Positions 26,846 through 35,748 of a stretch of 40,842 nt of DNA are shown piece by piece (position 1 is the stretch's first letter; each line of letters starts with the position of its first letter). Both the position numbers and the translations under genes were made by a program. The stretch covers positions 1 through 40,842 of IMG/VR virus record IMGVR_UViG_3300022930_000013; one strand, given 5' to 3'. The notes under the pieces were generated by a model. That model searched no databases, was not told the origin of the DNA, and saw nothing but the letters and a program-made list of their open reading frames with translations. The stretch comes from a virus. Its lineage: Duplodnaviria > Caudoviricetes.

Positions 26846-27394
26846 TTATTTGCTTTTATTTTTTAGAACCATTATTTGGTTTAACTTCTTTTGAACCCTG
26901 CTTTCAATAGTTGATTTATAAAGCTTGTCGAATACATCAGAATATTTTAATTTTTTAACCTCATTCCATTTTAATATATCGCCTCCTGCCAATTGGTCAA
27001 TTGTGTTTAATATTCCAAATTGATTCAATTCATTTATACCGGCACTTATCATGTCTATATCAGGATCTGAAACTAAATAAGTTTTTTCAAGCTCATTTAT
27101 TGATTCTATTTCATCTTTAATCCATAATACGAACTGCAGTAGCTTATTATGGTCTATGAAACTTATTTCTTTTTCCTGATAAGCTAAACCCCTGTCATTG
27201 AATGCATAACATATAAGTTTTTCAAAGTTACCATTTTTTATAAGATTAGGAACAATTTCTTTTATAAATCCATAGGAAAATAAAACAGCGTCTTCAAAAT
27301 CAAATCCATCCAATTCAGATATTCTTTTGCCATTTTCTATAAGATGCTTTAATTCATCTTCTGAAAGCTTTGCTAATGATATGTTAAAACTCAT
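26846..27394 (-). CDS. Putative tail assembly chaperone-like protein
   Basis: C-terminal AGI..LNQFG..NTIDQLAGGDILKW.EV..L.Y..VF. Confidence 0.5.
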   Translation of the reverse strand: MSFNISLAKLSEDELKHLIENGKRISELDGFDFEDAVLFSYGFIKEIVPNLIKNGNFEKLICYAFNDRGLAYQEKEISFIDHNKLLQFVLWIKDEIESINELEKTYLVSDPDIDMISAGINELNQFGILNTIDQLAGGDILKWNEVKKLKYSDVFDKLYKSTIESRVQKKLNQIMVLKNKSK

Positions 27395-28647
27395 TTTATG
27401 TGGTCTCTAAATGTTGATGATGATGACGAACGAACCTGCATTCTAGGCTTAAGTATTCCGTCTGCTTCAATATATCGCATAGGATCTATCAAATGGTTGA
27501 AATCGTCTATTGGCTCGTTTAGCGTATTTCCATTCCGGTCTTTTGCCCATGTATACTTATTAAGCTCATTTATCAAATTTATGCTTCTTCTCGTAACTAG
27601 AAATTCTTTTTGCTGTAATGCTTGTATTCCGAAATTAACACTGTCTTTGCCTTTTTCAGCTCCTTTTATTGAAATACCATAACTTCTTATTTCATCAATG
27701 CTTTTAGGTTCTGCGCTGTCAGCTATTACCGATCTTTTTAATCCTACTTTAGTCTTGTTTGCTATTTGGCTATTGCTTAATCCTTTTTCATAAAACACTT
27801 CATCATATATCGGCTGTCCATCTAATTCATACTTATCCACAAGCGTACTCGGGTCATTTGTATATCCGAAATCCATACCTGATTTTACATATTTGGCTTT
27901 ATCTGGAATATTGTCTATTATTTTCCAATTTTCAAAAACGACTCCTTCTAAAGAGCCTACCATCCCAAGACCGTAAACTTTCCATTTATTCGCCCAATAT
28001 TTATTTTTAATATTTGAGTCTTTGAATATAAGTTCATAAGGTAATTCAGGATTGTAAAAGCCTTTATTTTTATAATCTAAAATCGATTTAACTTCGCTCA
28101 AAGGCAAATATTCGTTATCCTCGAATGTAAGAGTTATAAAGTTATTTTCATTTATGTATTCGTCGCCCCAAAAAAGCTTATCAGGATTATAATCTATTAT
28201 AGTCAAACCTGCTCTTGATATAAATTGAACTGCAGTATCTATATCCATTTTGTCAGCTTCATTGATATATAGAATATCTCTCCTAAAACCCTTTCCGACA
28301 TCATTTACATCTGCTCCAAGGAAATCAAGATAACTTCCGTTCTCGTATTCATGTTTAGATTCTGATTTATTAAAGTCCTGGTCGTTATCTAAAACGCCCC
28401 AATCCTTGCAAATCTTCTTATAATCACGAATAACCGTTCTTTTCATCTTTGATAATTCTGATGAAAGAACAGTCGCTTCCTTTTCGGTTGACAAAAGAGA
28501 TTGTATGATTAATTCAAGAATAGTTATAGTCTTTGAGGCTCCTTGACCGCCTCTTATAACAAAAACATTCTCTTCAGGATTAGACATTATTAAGTCAAGT
28601 ATCTTGAAGTAAGCTTTTGAATACTTATATTTATTTTCTTGTTCCAA
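27391..28647 (-). CDS. terL: Terminase large subunit (PBSX / Terminase_3 type)
   Basis: Walker A-like RGGQGASKT, Walker B LYINEA, DYNP, nuclease motif GMDFGYTNDP, ADSAEPKSI and NHLIDPMRY. Confidence 0.95.
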   Translation of the reverse strand: MEQENKYKYSKAYFKILDLIMSNPEENVFVIRGGQGASKTITILELIIQSLLSTEKEATVLSSELSKMKRTVIRDYKKICKDWGVLDNDQDFNKSESKHEYENGSYLDFLGADVNDVGKGFRRDILYINEADKMDIDTAVQFISRAGLTIIDYNPDKLFWGDEYINENNFITLTFEDNEYLPLSEVKSILDYKNKGFYNPELPYELIFKDSNIKNKYWANKWKVYGLGMVGSLEGVVFENWKIIDNIPDKAKYVKSGMDFGYTNDPSTLVDKYELDGQPIYDEVFYEKGLSNSQIANKTKVGLKRSVIADSAEPKSIDEIRSYGISIKGAEKGKDSVNFGIQALQQKEFLVTRRSINLINELNKYTWAKDRNGNTLNEPIDDFNHLIDPMRYIEADGILKPRMQVRSSSSSTFRDHIK

Positions 28648-29092
28648 TATCAGGAAGATTTGGAATGTTTATTTTACCTTTATGCTCTAGTTCCTTTTTG
28701 TCAACTAGTCCGTTTAATCTCTGAGTTATGCTTGGGTTATAAATACCTACCATACCACCTTCTATTTGATCTTGCTTTATCACTCTTCGTATACGTGAAC
28801 AGATAACTACAAAATCCGAGTACCTTCCCTGCAAATTACAAAAATAATGGCTTAAATCGCTTATAATTCCATTGTCTGCACACCAATTTTCAAAACCTTC
28901 TAAAGTCAAAGGTCTTTTATGAGGAAGTCTAATTATTGAATCAGGCAATTCTCCTTCATAATCTTTTGGAATTATAGTATTGCCTTTCTTTTGCTCTACT
29001 ATCATAATGGGATTTTGTTCTAATTCATTTTTATATGATTTGAAGTGTTCCCACATTATTTCTGGACTTTCTATTTTTTTATGAACTCCCAT
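28631..29092 (-). CDS. terS: Terminase small subunit (P22 gp3-like packaging protein)
   Basis: Likely start MGVHK at 29092. Contains RPLTLEGF and QIEGGMVGIYNPSITQRLNGL, directly upstream of terL. Confidence 0.85.
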   Translation of the reverse strand: MGVHKKIESPEIMWEHFKSYKNELEQNPIMIVEQKKGNTIIPKDYEGELPDSIIRLPHKRPLTLEGFENWCADNGIISDLSHYFCNLQGRYSDFVVICSRIRRVIKQDQIEGGMVGIYNPSITQRLNGLVDKKELEHKGKINIPNLPDIGTRK

Positions 29093-29094
29093 AA

Positions 29095-29355
29095 TCAATA
29101 ATCTATCGTTACACATTCTACGAAATATCCTTCTTTTATTATCGGCCTTAATGGATATTGGCTATCGCAATCTAATTCAGTTTCAACATAGGAATAGTTG
29201 CCTTCATTGTCTACAAACTTTCCTTTGCAGTTGCAAGTGTCGTTGTCTGAAGAACAAGAGAAAATAAATGCGAGTATTACGATAGCTAGAAATAGCCATA
29301 GGCAGTTGATTATCTTTCGTTCTCTTTTGTATCTTCTTTGTGTGGTGTTATTCAT
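29095..29355 (-). CDS. Small lipoprotein
   Basis: Likely start MNNTTQ at 29355. Hydrophobic stretch, lipobox IFS/C, then SSDNDTCNC. Confidence 0.65.
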   Translation of the reverse strand: MNNTTQRRYKRERKIINCLWLFLAIVILAFIFSCSSDNDTCNCKGKFVDNEGNYSYVETELDCDSQYPLRPIIKEGYFVECVTIDY

Positions 29356-29409
29356 TTTTAAATCTTTTGAATAGTTTCCTGAAAAAAAATTTATATTAGT
29401 TTTCATAAG

Positions 29410-29417
29410 CAAATATA
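29410..29417 (-). promoter_or_regulatory. -7 promoter element upstream of the packaging/tail operon
   Basis: Perfect TATATTTG just downstream of the terminator at 29446-29470. Confidence 0.55.
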
Positions 29418-29445
29418 GTTAATTATTTTTAATTTAATGTAATAC

Positions 29446-29470
29446 AAAAAAGCGGGAACGACCCCGCTTT
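29446..29470 (-). terminator. Intrinsic terminator ending the early/middle cluster
   Basis: AAAGCGGG..CCCGCTTTTTT hairpin. Confidence 0.75.
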
Positions 29471-29622
29471 GATGATCGTAAAATTCATACCGGATTTAAA
29501 AATTGTTTTAACTTCTCGGTGGGTGTTTTTTTTATCTTAATTTCATAATATATCTTTTTAGAGTTAATAATAAATTGTTTTCACCCGAAAACCCCGCTTA
29601 TTTCTAAGCAGGGTGTTTGTTT

Positions 29623-29829
29623 TTAGTTATCGTACCAACTTACTGTAAGCTTTTCGTCTTTGAATAAATGGAAATCTTTCATTCCCATGTCAGGAGTTAT
29701 TATTACTTTCATAAACGCATCTCCTTTTGATGTTTGTGTAGGAATAGCATAAGTGCCTGGCTCTACTTTTTCAACACTTCCAAACTTCTTGATTAAGAAC
29801 TTTTTTGCTTCCTCTAATTCTGCTAACAT
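29623..29829 (-). CDS. Hypothetical protein
   Basis: 68-aa ORF. Confidence 0.7.
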   Translation of the reverse strand: MLAELEEAKKFLIKKFGSVEKVEPGTYAIPTQTSKGDAFMKVIITPDMGMKDFHLFKDEKLTVSWYDN

Positions 29830-29853
29830 ATTTTTATTGATTTTAAGTTACTA

Positions 29854-30057
29854 TTAGTTTTTAAATTCATGATTTTTACATGTATCACTAAACTTCATTA
29901 ACGTGTCCCAAGCTGTAAAATCTCCATTTAGAAACTTTTCTTCAGGATATTGCTTATCATCCTCGCAATGCAAATGGCTAACCCCTGTAAGCTTGAATTG
30001 TTTTCCTGCAAACTTACAATTGTAACACTTTGCTTTTTTGGTTTTAGACTTTTCCAT
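29854..30057 (-). CDS. Small Cys/His-rich protein
   Basis: Contains CYNC...HC...C..H. Confidence 0.7.
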   Translation of the reverse strand: MEKSKTKKAKCYNCKFAGKQFKLTGVSHLHCEDDKQYPEEKFLNGDFTAWDTLMKFSDTCKNHEFKN

Positions 30058-30058
30058 T

Positions 30059-31087
30059 TTATTCGTTTTTAAGTGTTATTGGTTCGGTGCATAGTGTGAA
30101 ATTTGATTGAATCCAATTGTGTGAAATTTGAGATTCCTTGTCTTCGCTTAAAGAGTAGATATCTTTATAAATACATACTCCATAAAAATTACCCTCTCTA
30201 CTTTGTTCGCTTTTTCCTAAAGTATAAACAACAATATCTTTATTAGTCACAATTTGACCCCATTTACTCCAATCAATTTCAGTTTCTTGTTTTTTACCGA
30301 AACGTTCTCTGAATTCTTGGAGTGAGATTTCTTTATAATTATTATTTTCTGTATAAATACCAAAAAGATCGATATCTCTATGTTTTCTAAAATACATGTA
30401 ATCTGATTCCGGATTGTAATAAATCGCAAGCAATTCCTCGCCACACGCCTTAGCAATTTCAGCGCATTCATTAGCTTCTTCTTGACTTGAAACTTTTACT
30501 TGGACTTCTCGGATTGACAGCGGTTTTTCTTCTTCTTTCAATACCCATTTTTTGAACTGATCGAAAGTTATTTCGGTGTAGTATTTAGGAACCACAATAA
30601 CACTGTGAAAGACAGCGTAATTGTCAGATATTACACACTCTCCTATTCTTAGTTTTTCATTAAAATGGTCTTCTAAAATCTCTCTGTTTTCAGAATCAAC
30701 AATTAAAAACCATTTGTCTATTTTTTCTTCCAACTCTTTTGTAGGTAAGTCGAATTTTAAAGGCTCTGTTGAGTAGTTTTGTGTTTGATAGAAGTTAACT
30801 GACGTGTTATCGGAAATAACCTTTTCAATCTTCTCCAATCGCTTCAAAACATCTTTCTTGAATGACTTCTTTAGAATGTCTTTTGCTTTGTGGATGCTAA
30901 ATTTATTTTCCTTGTAATATTGCCTATCCAAATAATGTCCTACCGCCCCATCAAAACGAATTACGCTTTCTACTCCATAATGCTTGAATTGTTCAGGTTT
31001 TAGATTAGGGATATTTAGCATTTCAATAATCGAATCCCATTGCTTCTGCGTCTTACACCAAATGGCGTCTTTTTCTGTTAGTTTCAT
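30059..31087 (-). CDS. Modular hypothetical protein
   Basis: 342 aa with repeated small domains (EITFDQFKK / EISLQEFRE). Confidence 0.75.
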   Translation of the reverse strand: MKLTEKDAIWCKTQKQWDSIIEMLNIPNLKPEQFKHYGVESVIRFDGAVGHYLDRQYYKENKFSIHKAKDILKKSFKKDVLKRLEKIEKVISDNTSVNFYQTQNYSTEPLKFDLPTKELEEKIDKWFLIVDSENREILEDHFNEKLRIGECVISDNYAVFHSVIVVPKYYTEITFDQFKKWVLKEEEKPLSIREVQVKVSSQEEANECAEIAKACGEELLAIYYNPESDYMYFRKHRDIDLFGIYTENNNYKEISLQEFRERFGKKQETEIDWSKWGQIVTNKDIVVYTLGKSEQSREGNFYGVCIYKDIYSLSEDKESQISHNWIQSNFTLCTEPITLKNE

Positions 31088-31092
31088 AATAT

Positions 31093-31335
31093 TTATTTCT
31101 TGTTTTTACGTTCTAATGCTCTGCGTTCTTTTCTTGTCATAGGAGGTGAAAAAATACGTTCAAAGTTATAAGGGTTTGTAATGATAAAGGTTTCAGGCTC
31201 TTTTTTGTCTAAAATTATAATTCCTCTCTCTTGTTCTGAAATAACTTTTTCAATAGCTGACGCTACTGTAGTTTTCCCGTGATCCAAGTGCCCAATTGTG
31301 CCTATTATCATTTTTCCCATTATCATTTTTCCCAT
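31093..31335 (-). CDS. Miniature EF-Tu-like protein (P-loop and switch-I motifs only)
   Basis: IGTIGHLDHGKTTVASAI and EQERGIII match EF-Tu IGTIGHVDHGKTTLTAAI and EK.RGITI. Confidence 0.75.
   Translation of the reverse strand: MGKMIMGKMIIGTIGHLDHGKTTVASAIEKVISEQERGIIILDKKEPETFIITNPYNFERIFSPPMTRKERRALERKNKK
31306..31335. repeat. Perfect 15-bp tandem duplication covering the start codon
   Basis: TATCATTTTTCCCAT x2, encoding MGKMI-MGKMI. Confidence 0.9.
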
Positions 31336-31338
31336 AAT

Positions 31339-31788
31339 CTATCCATTTATAGTTTTAACTGCGTTTTCTGTGAGGGTTAAATTAAATAACAATAAACTCT
31401 CAATTGTTTTATAATCTTCAAAAGGAAGTGGTATTATCGTATTCGAATGACTGTTGTATAATGCCTTTTCTTTTTGGTAATAATTTCCAATATAAAACCA
31501 TTCAAATAAAACATTTGATTTTGCTTTTTCGTAATTAATATGTTGCATCGCGTGAAAATCACTTCCCTTGTCGTGTTCGAAAAAAGGAATAGGTTCTTCT
31601 AAAATATTTCCTTCTTCATCACACGGGACGAATTGCGAAAGCTTTAAAGGCTGTGATAGGAATTTAGCGTAGTTGAATATATTTACATATTTATCAAATG
31701 CATCCTGTGCTCTTTTTAGATTTTCACTTTGCTCCAATACGTAATCTAAAAGCGGAATTAGTTTTTGCTTTTTTTCTTGTGTTTTCAT
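31339..31788 (-). CDS. Hypothetical phage protein
   Basis: YAKFLSQPLKL..FVPCDEEGNILEEP is a pattern I recall from Flavobacterium phage proteins. Confidence 0.75.
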   Translation of the reverse strand: MKTQEKKQKLIPLLDYVLEQSENLKRAQDAFDKYVNIFNYAKFLSQPLKLSQFVPCDEEGNILEEPIPFFEHDKGSDFHAMQHINYEKAKSNVLFEWFYIGNYYQKEKALYNSHSNTIIPLPFEDYKTIESLLLFNLTLTENAVKTING

Positions 31789-31790
31789 AA

Positions 31791-31988
31791 TTATTTAATT
31801 TGGTCAAGTGGATAAGCGTTTAGTATTGATTGTCTGTCGTAATCTGTTCCCTTAATTACCTGTTTCAATGCTTCTGTTACGTGCATCTTGGCGAATTCGA
31901 TTAGATCGTATAAATCTAAATCATATATCCATCCATCATCGCCTATAAACGCATTTTTTTCTTTTATAAATTCTTCTGCTGTTTTCAT
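31791..31988 (-). CDS. Hypothetical protein
   Basis: TAEEF...IEFAKMHV.EAL...SILNAYPL pattern. Confidence 0.7.
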   Translation of the reverse strand: MKTAEEFIKEKNAFIGDDGWIYDLDLYDLIEFAKMHVTEALKQVIKGTDYDRQSILNAYPLDQIK

Positions 31989-32029
31989 TTGTTTAGTTTA
32001 AGTGGTTAAATTTTACTTTTTTTAATTGA

Positions 32030-32236
32030 TTATTTTTCGTTTTCATTAGCATGATTTGTGCATAAATCATGTCCATACATTCTTTCTGCATCAGCCTTAT
32101 TAAAAGGGTCATTATTTAGCCTCATTGCACAGGATTTACAATAATACTTTCTTGTTGAGTGATTGTACCAAGTGGCTGAATTTGGTTTTTGGCAACTTGT
32201 AATATTGCATTCTTTATTAAGCTCTCCTTTTGCCAT
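32030..32236 (-). CDS. Small zinc-finger-like protein
   Basis: Contains CNITSC...YYCKSCA. Confidence 0.7.
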   Translation of the reverse strand: MAKGELNKECNITSCQKPNSATWYNHSTRKYYCKSCAMRLNNDPFNKADAERMYGHDLCTNHANENEK

Positions 32237-32237
32237 T

Positions 32238-32708
32238 TTACTTTTGTTTTAAAATTATAAGTTTTCCTTTGATTAGTTTTGATTCGTAGGATTGCCATTC
32301 TTTGTACTGTTCAGAAGTCCAAGAGTTTTCAGAATCTCTTAATATGTTTGGGGTCTTTCCTATAGGATTTTTAAAGTAAATTTCATTAAACCGCAATAGG
32401 CTTCTGAAACTTTCTTCTTTTGTTTCGAAAAAACCACTTTCAGGATTATTAAAATTTTTATAGACAGTTCTACCTACAAAATTTTTGTTTGGAAGCTCAA
32501 CGTCAAAAGAAAATTCAGTATCTGTAAATTCGCCTAGAATTTCTAAATCTAATTCTCCTAAATTTATATATCCTGTTTCATAATATCCAGGCTGATTTAC
32601 AATAAATAATAAAGCTTTCTTATTGTCAGCATATACTATTATTTTAAAGTCTTCCGAATCTTTCGGCACTTCCAACGCAATAATATTTGTTGGGGTTAGG
32701 GTTTTCAT
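32238..32708 (-). CDS. Hypothetical protein
   Basis: 156-aa ORF in the operon. Confidence 0.7.
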   Translation of the reverse strand: MKTLTPTNIIALEVPKDSEDFKIIVYADNKKALLFIVNQPGYYETGYINLGELDLEILGEFTDTEFSFDVELPNKNFVGRTVYKNFNNPESGFFETKEESFRSLLRFNEIYFKNPIGKTPNILRDSENSWTSEQYKEWQSYESKLIKGKLIILKQK

Positions 32709-32932
32709 AATTTTCTAAAATTTATTCTGTGATTAAAACTATCTCCGTTTCCTGATGCTGTTATTGCAAAAACTTCTCCTGTTGTCGTTAGAACTTCTGC
32801 ATAGCTTCCATCTTGAAAAATTAATTTATCTTCAGAATTAAACCTATCTAGAAATTTATTTTCTAAAAAGTCATTCATAGTAAATGTATTGTCTTGATGG
32901 TAATATTCTGTTGAATAATATAGTGTTTCCAT
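32705..32932 (-). CDS. Hypothetical protein
   Basis: 75-aa ORF with an ATGA overlap. Confidence 0.7.
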   Translation of the reverse strand: METLYYSTEYYHQDNTFTMNDFLENKFLDRFNSEDKLIFQDGSYAEVLTTTGEVFAITASGNGDSFNHRINFRKL

Positions 32933-32969
32933 AATTAATTATTTGTTAGTTATTCTGTTGCTGATTTAA

Positions 32970-33161
32970 TTAACGAGAAAGTCCGTTACGTTTCATTACT
33001 TTATCAAAAGCCTTTAATCCTGCTTTTCCTTCATCATCGGGAGTCGTTTCATTGTCTTCTGAATCGGAACAACCTAAACTACCTTCAACCGTATCAAAAA
33101 TGTCTATAATTGCCAAAAGTTCTTTTTCGGTAACTTTTAATTGATAATATTTTGTTGCCAT
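32970..33161 (-). CDS. Hypothetical protein
   Basis: 63-aa ORF. Confidence 0.65.
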   Translation of the reverse strand: MATKYYQLKVTEKELLAIIDIFDTVEGSLGCSDSEDNETTPDDEGKAGLKAFDKVMKRNGLSR

Positions 33162-33162
33162 T

Positions 33163-33414
33163 CTAAACTTCTTTAATAATCGTTACATTTTTCTTTTCCA
33201 ATTTCGCCAATTGATTCTGAAGCTGGATTAACTTCTTTTCTTTGCGTTGTTCAGCGTCTTTTATTGCTTCGGATTCTGATTCGAACCACTCATATTCATG
33301 GAAATACTCAAGATAATTAGCCTTATTTTTGACTAAATTTAACACAGTTGTTTTTTCAACTTGCATCAACAAAATCCCTCTTGTCAATGCGTACTTGGTT
33401 ACGTATACTTTCAT
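33163..33414 (-). CDS. Hypothetical protein
   Basis: Starts VYVTKYALTRGI and has a C-terminal coiled coil. Confidence 0.7.
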   Translation of the reverse strand: MKVYVTKYALTRGILLMQVEKTTVLNLVKNKANYLEYFHEYEWFESESEAIKDAEQRKEKKLIQLQNQLAKLEKKNVTIIKEV

Positions 33415-34232
33415 AAATTACCTAGTTCAATGACTAAATTTTCTTTTTGTGATTCAAGATCTTTTATCCTTTTTTCAAGATTTTCTTTTTTTCTGCTTTG
33501 AAGTACTGATAATTTTTCAGTGTCCAATTTCAAATTAAATTTTTCAGCTATTTTGATATGGTTATCTGAATAATCTTTCACGACGTCTAATTTGTTTTGC
33601 AGAAATAATATTGCTTCTTCTTCGGATTTAAAAAACTCAACATTTTTATCCGAACCGCTACCATCAGAATAATCATTAACTCTAAATGTTAAACTTCCAT
33701 CTGAATTCCCGTATAAAGAAAGTAATCGCATTGAATCGAAACGTTTTCTTCCATATCCACTTTCAAACCTATCCAAAAGGTTGTTAGTAGATTCTTCATT
33801 AAATTTTTCAAGATGCCAATCTGAATAATTTTCAACAAACACAAATTTTTCAGAACCATCTAAAAAGTCAGCAATTTTATTGATAATAACCTTAAATTCG
33901 TCTCCTCTTGATTCTTTTGCAACGTTTCTAAGCCATTTGACTCTAGCACTTAAAGAATCATAAACTTTTCTTTTTTCTTCGTTTAAACGGTCAATTTTTG
34001 AATTCCAATCTTTGCTATCTTTTTCATAACGAGATTCAAGATCTTTAAGATTTTTTTCTTTCCAAGAAACGCTTGGCTCGTCGTGCAATGACTTAACTAC
34101 AAAATTCTCTCCGCTTGGAAGTTCAACTTCTCCTTGGATAAATATTTCTTGCACAATTGTTTCTTGTGCATTTAACTTGCCAACTATTACTACTTTTTTA
34201 CCGTCTGTGGTAAATTTTATTTCTTTGCTCAT
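33411..34232 (-). CDS. Conserved phage hypothetical coiled-coil protein
   Basis: 273 aa starting DGKKVVIVGKLN.QETIVQEIF. Confidence 0.75.
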   Translation of the reverse strand: MSKEIKFTTDGKKVVIVGKLNAQETIVQEIFIQGEVELPSGENFVVKSLHDEPSVSWKEKNLKDLESRYEKDSKDWNSKIDRLNEEKRKVYDSLSARVKWLRNVAKESRGDEFKVIINKIADFLDGSEKFVFVENYSDWHLEKFNEESTNNLLDRFESGYGRKRFDSMRLLSLYGNSDGSLTFRVNDYSDGSGSDKNVEFFKSEEEAILFLQNKLDVVKDYSDNHIKIAEKFNLKLDTEKLSVLQSRKKENLEKRIKDLESQKENLVIELGNL

Positions 34233-34237
34233 AACTA

Positions 34238-34492
34238 CTATTTTTTAGATTTTAAACACTCCTTTTCAACATTTTCTAAAGCTTGGTTTGTAACTATATT
34301 ACTCAATGGAACGTCCGGATTAATTCCGTTTGATTTGCAAAGATGAATATAGTTTTCAAGGGAAATTGATCTTCTCCCGTTTTTCCAATCTGAAAGCTGT
34401 TCTGCAGGCAATCCTGCATTTAATGCAATTTGCCTTTGAGTAAACCCTGTTATTTTTATAAGCTCAATAATTGCTTCTTGGTAATTTTTCAT
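34238..34492 (-). CDS. XRE-family HTH regulator
   Basis: TQRQIALNAGLPAEQLSDWKNGRR HTH. No S24 peptidase domain. Confidence 0.85.
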   Translation of the reverse strand: MKNYQEAIIELIKITGFTQRQIALNAGLPAEQLSDWKNGRRSISLENYIHLCKSNGINPDVPLSNIVTNQALENVEKECLKSKK

Positions 34493-34540
34493 TTTAATTT
34501 TATTTTTTTTTTACTATATTCAGTTTTCGGCTGCCCTGTT

Positions 34541-34783
34541 TTATTTTAATTCTACTCTTGAGCTTATAAGGTCTTTTATATCTTGAATACTCATGCCTTT
34601 GTCGATAATAAGATGTTTTATTATATTTGAACATTTTTCTTTGCTTTCTTTCATTTCAACAGAATAAACAGATAATCCTTTCATTTCAGCTATTAAAGAA
34701 ATGACTCTCCAAAGAAATTTATAACCTTTAGCAGTCAATGTTCTTTCTGATTTGCTTTTGATTAATTCGCTGTGGTTTTTCAT
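34541..34783 (-). CDS. Hypothetical protein, first gene after a strong promoter
   Basis: 80-aa ORF. Confidence 0.65.
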   Translation of the reverse strand: MKNHSELIKSKSERTLTAKGYKFLWRVISLIAEMKGLSVYSVEMKESKEKCSNIIKHLIIDKGMSIQDIKDLISSRVELK

Positions 34784-34818
34784 AATATTATATTTTAATG
34801 TTGTTGTTATTTATTTAG

Positions 34819-34848
34819 CAAATATACGACTATATTTTAATTATACAA
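34819..34848 (-). promoter_or_regulatory. Bacteroidota primary-sigma promoter
   Basis: TTG (34848-34846), 19 nt, then TATATTTG (34826-34819). Confidence 0.75.
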
Positions 34849-34899
34849 TAGTTTAATATTATATTTTTGATGTATTTTAAAACTTTAACATTTACAAAT

Positions 34900-34926
34900 A
34901 AAAAAACCTAGCTGTTACGCTAGGTT
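34900..34926 (-). terminator. Intrinsic terminator after the methyltransferase
   Basis: AACCTAGC..GCTAGGTT hairpin followed by a U tract. Confidence 0.75.
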
Positions 34927-35586
34927 AGAAAACATATCTATTTGATTATGTTCTGATTTTTGTATAATTCCCATTGCAGTATCGAAAATTGTTTTACCGG
35001 CTTCATAGTCAACTAAATTTCGTGCTATTTTTATCATGCTTTGGTTTCCGTTATAACTTGAAATATTAATATCGTGAAATTTACATAATTTATTTAATTC
35101 GTCTTTACCAGCTCCAATTTGTATTCTTCTATCTCCTAAATCATTTGGTAAATTAAAATTTGTCCAATAAAGATGTCTTCCTCTTTTTTTTGCTTGGATT
35201 AATGGATCATAGTACGGAATGACGTTTTCAACAACCCATTTTCCTTTGAAATAATGCTTTAAGAATAGTATTTCTTCATATAATTTCATGTCTGGATAAA
35301 TTGCTTGTGTTGCAGTGTCGTAGTTAGAACTATTCCAATATCTAGCTCTTGAATGGCTAGGACAAGGCGGGGAACTCCAAATAAAATCGAATTCTTTGTA
35401 ATGATCTAATAAATATTGATGCGCATCAGCAACAATTACTTTGTCATTAGGGAATCTTTCTTGATACATCCTGGCTAATTCCGGATCTAATTCAATTGCT
35501 ATTACATCGCAATTTTCCCACAACAATCTATTACCTCCTAAACAAGCATATAGATTCAAAACTTTTACTTTATTCTCTTTTCCCAT
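34915..35586 (-). CDS. DNA (cytosine-5) methyltransferase, short orphan type
   Basis: Motif I LYACLGGN, catalytic SPPC and motif VI VENV. No restriction nuclease nearby. Confidence 0.85.
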   Translation of the reverse strand: MGKENKVKVLNLYACLGGNRLLWENCDVIAIELDPELARMYQERFPNDKVIVADAHQYLLDHYKEFDFIWSSPPCPSHSRARYWNSSNYDTATQAIYPDMKLYEEILFLKHYFKGKWVVENVIPYYDPLIQAKKRGRHLYWTNFNLPNDLGDRRIQIGAGKDELNKLCKFHDINISSYNGNQSMIKIARNLVDYEAGKTIFDTAMGIIQKSEHNQIDMFSNLA

Positions 35587-35748
35587 TGTGAAGTTTGCTT
35601 AATTTATATTTACCTAATTCCATAATTAAACCAATTTATTATGTTTTCCAATTCTTTAATCTCAATATCGTATTTGTCTGTCTTATCTACTGAACGCTTT
35701 ACTTTTAAATTGTTTAGCTTGTTTTGGGTTTCCGATATTGGATCTTTT

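Noticed and set aside
832-28010. Plus-strand ORFs nested antisense to long genes (e.g. 832..1047, 9704..9922, 15256..15684, 17477..17839, 19971..21590, 27398..28010)
   Set aside because: They are shadow ORFs with no motifs or promoters of their own.
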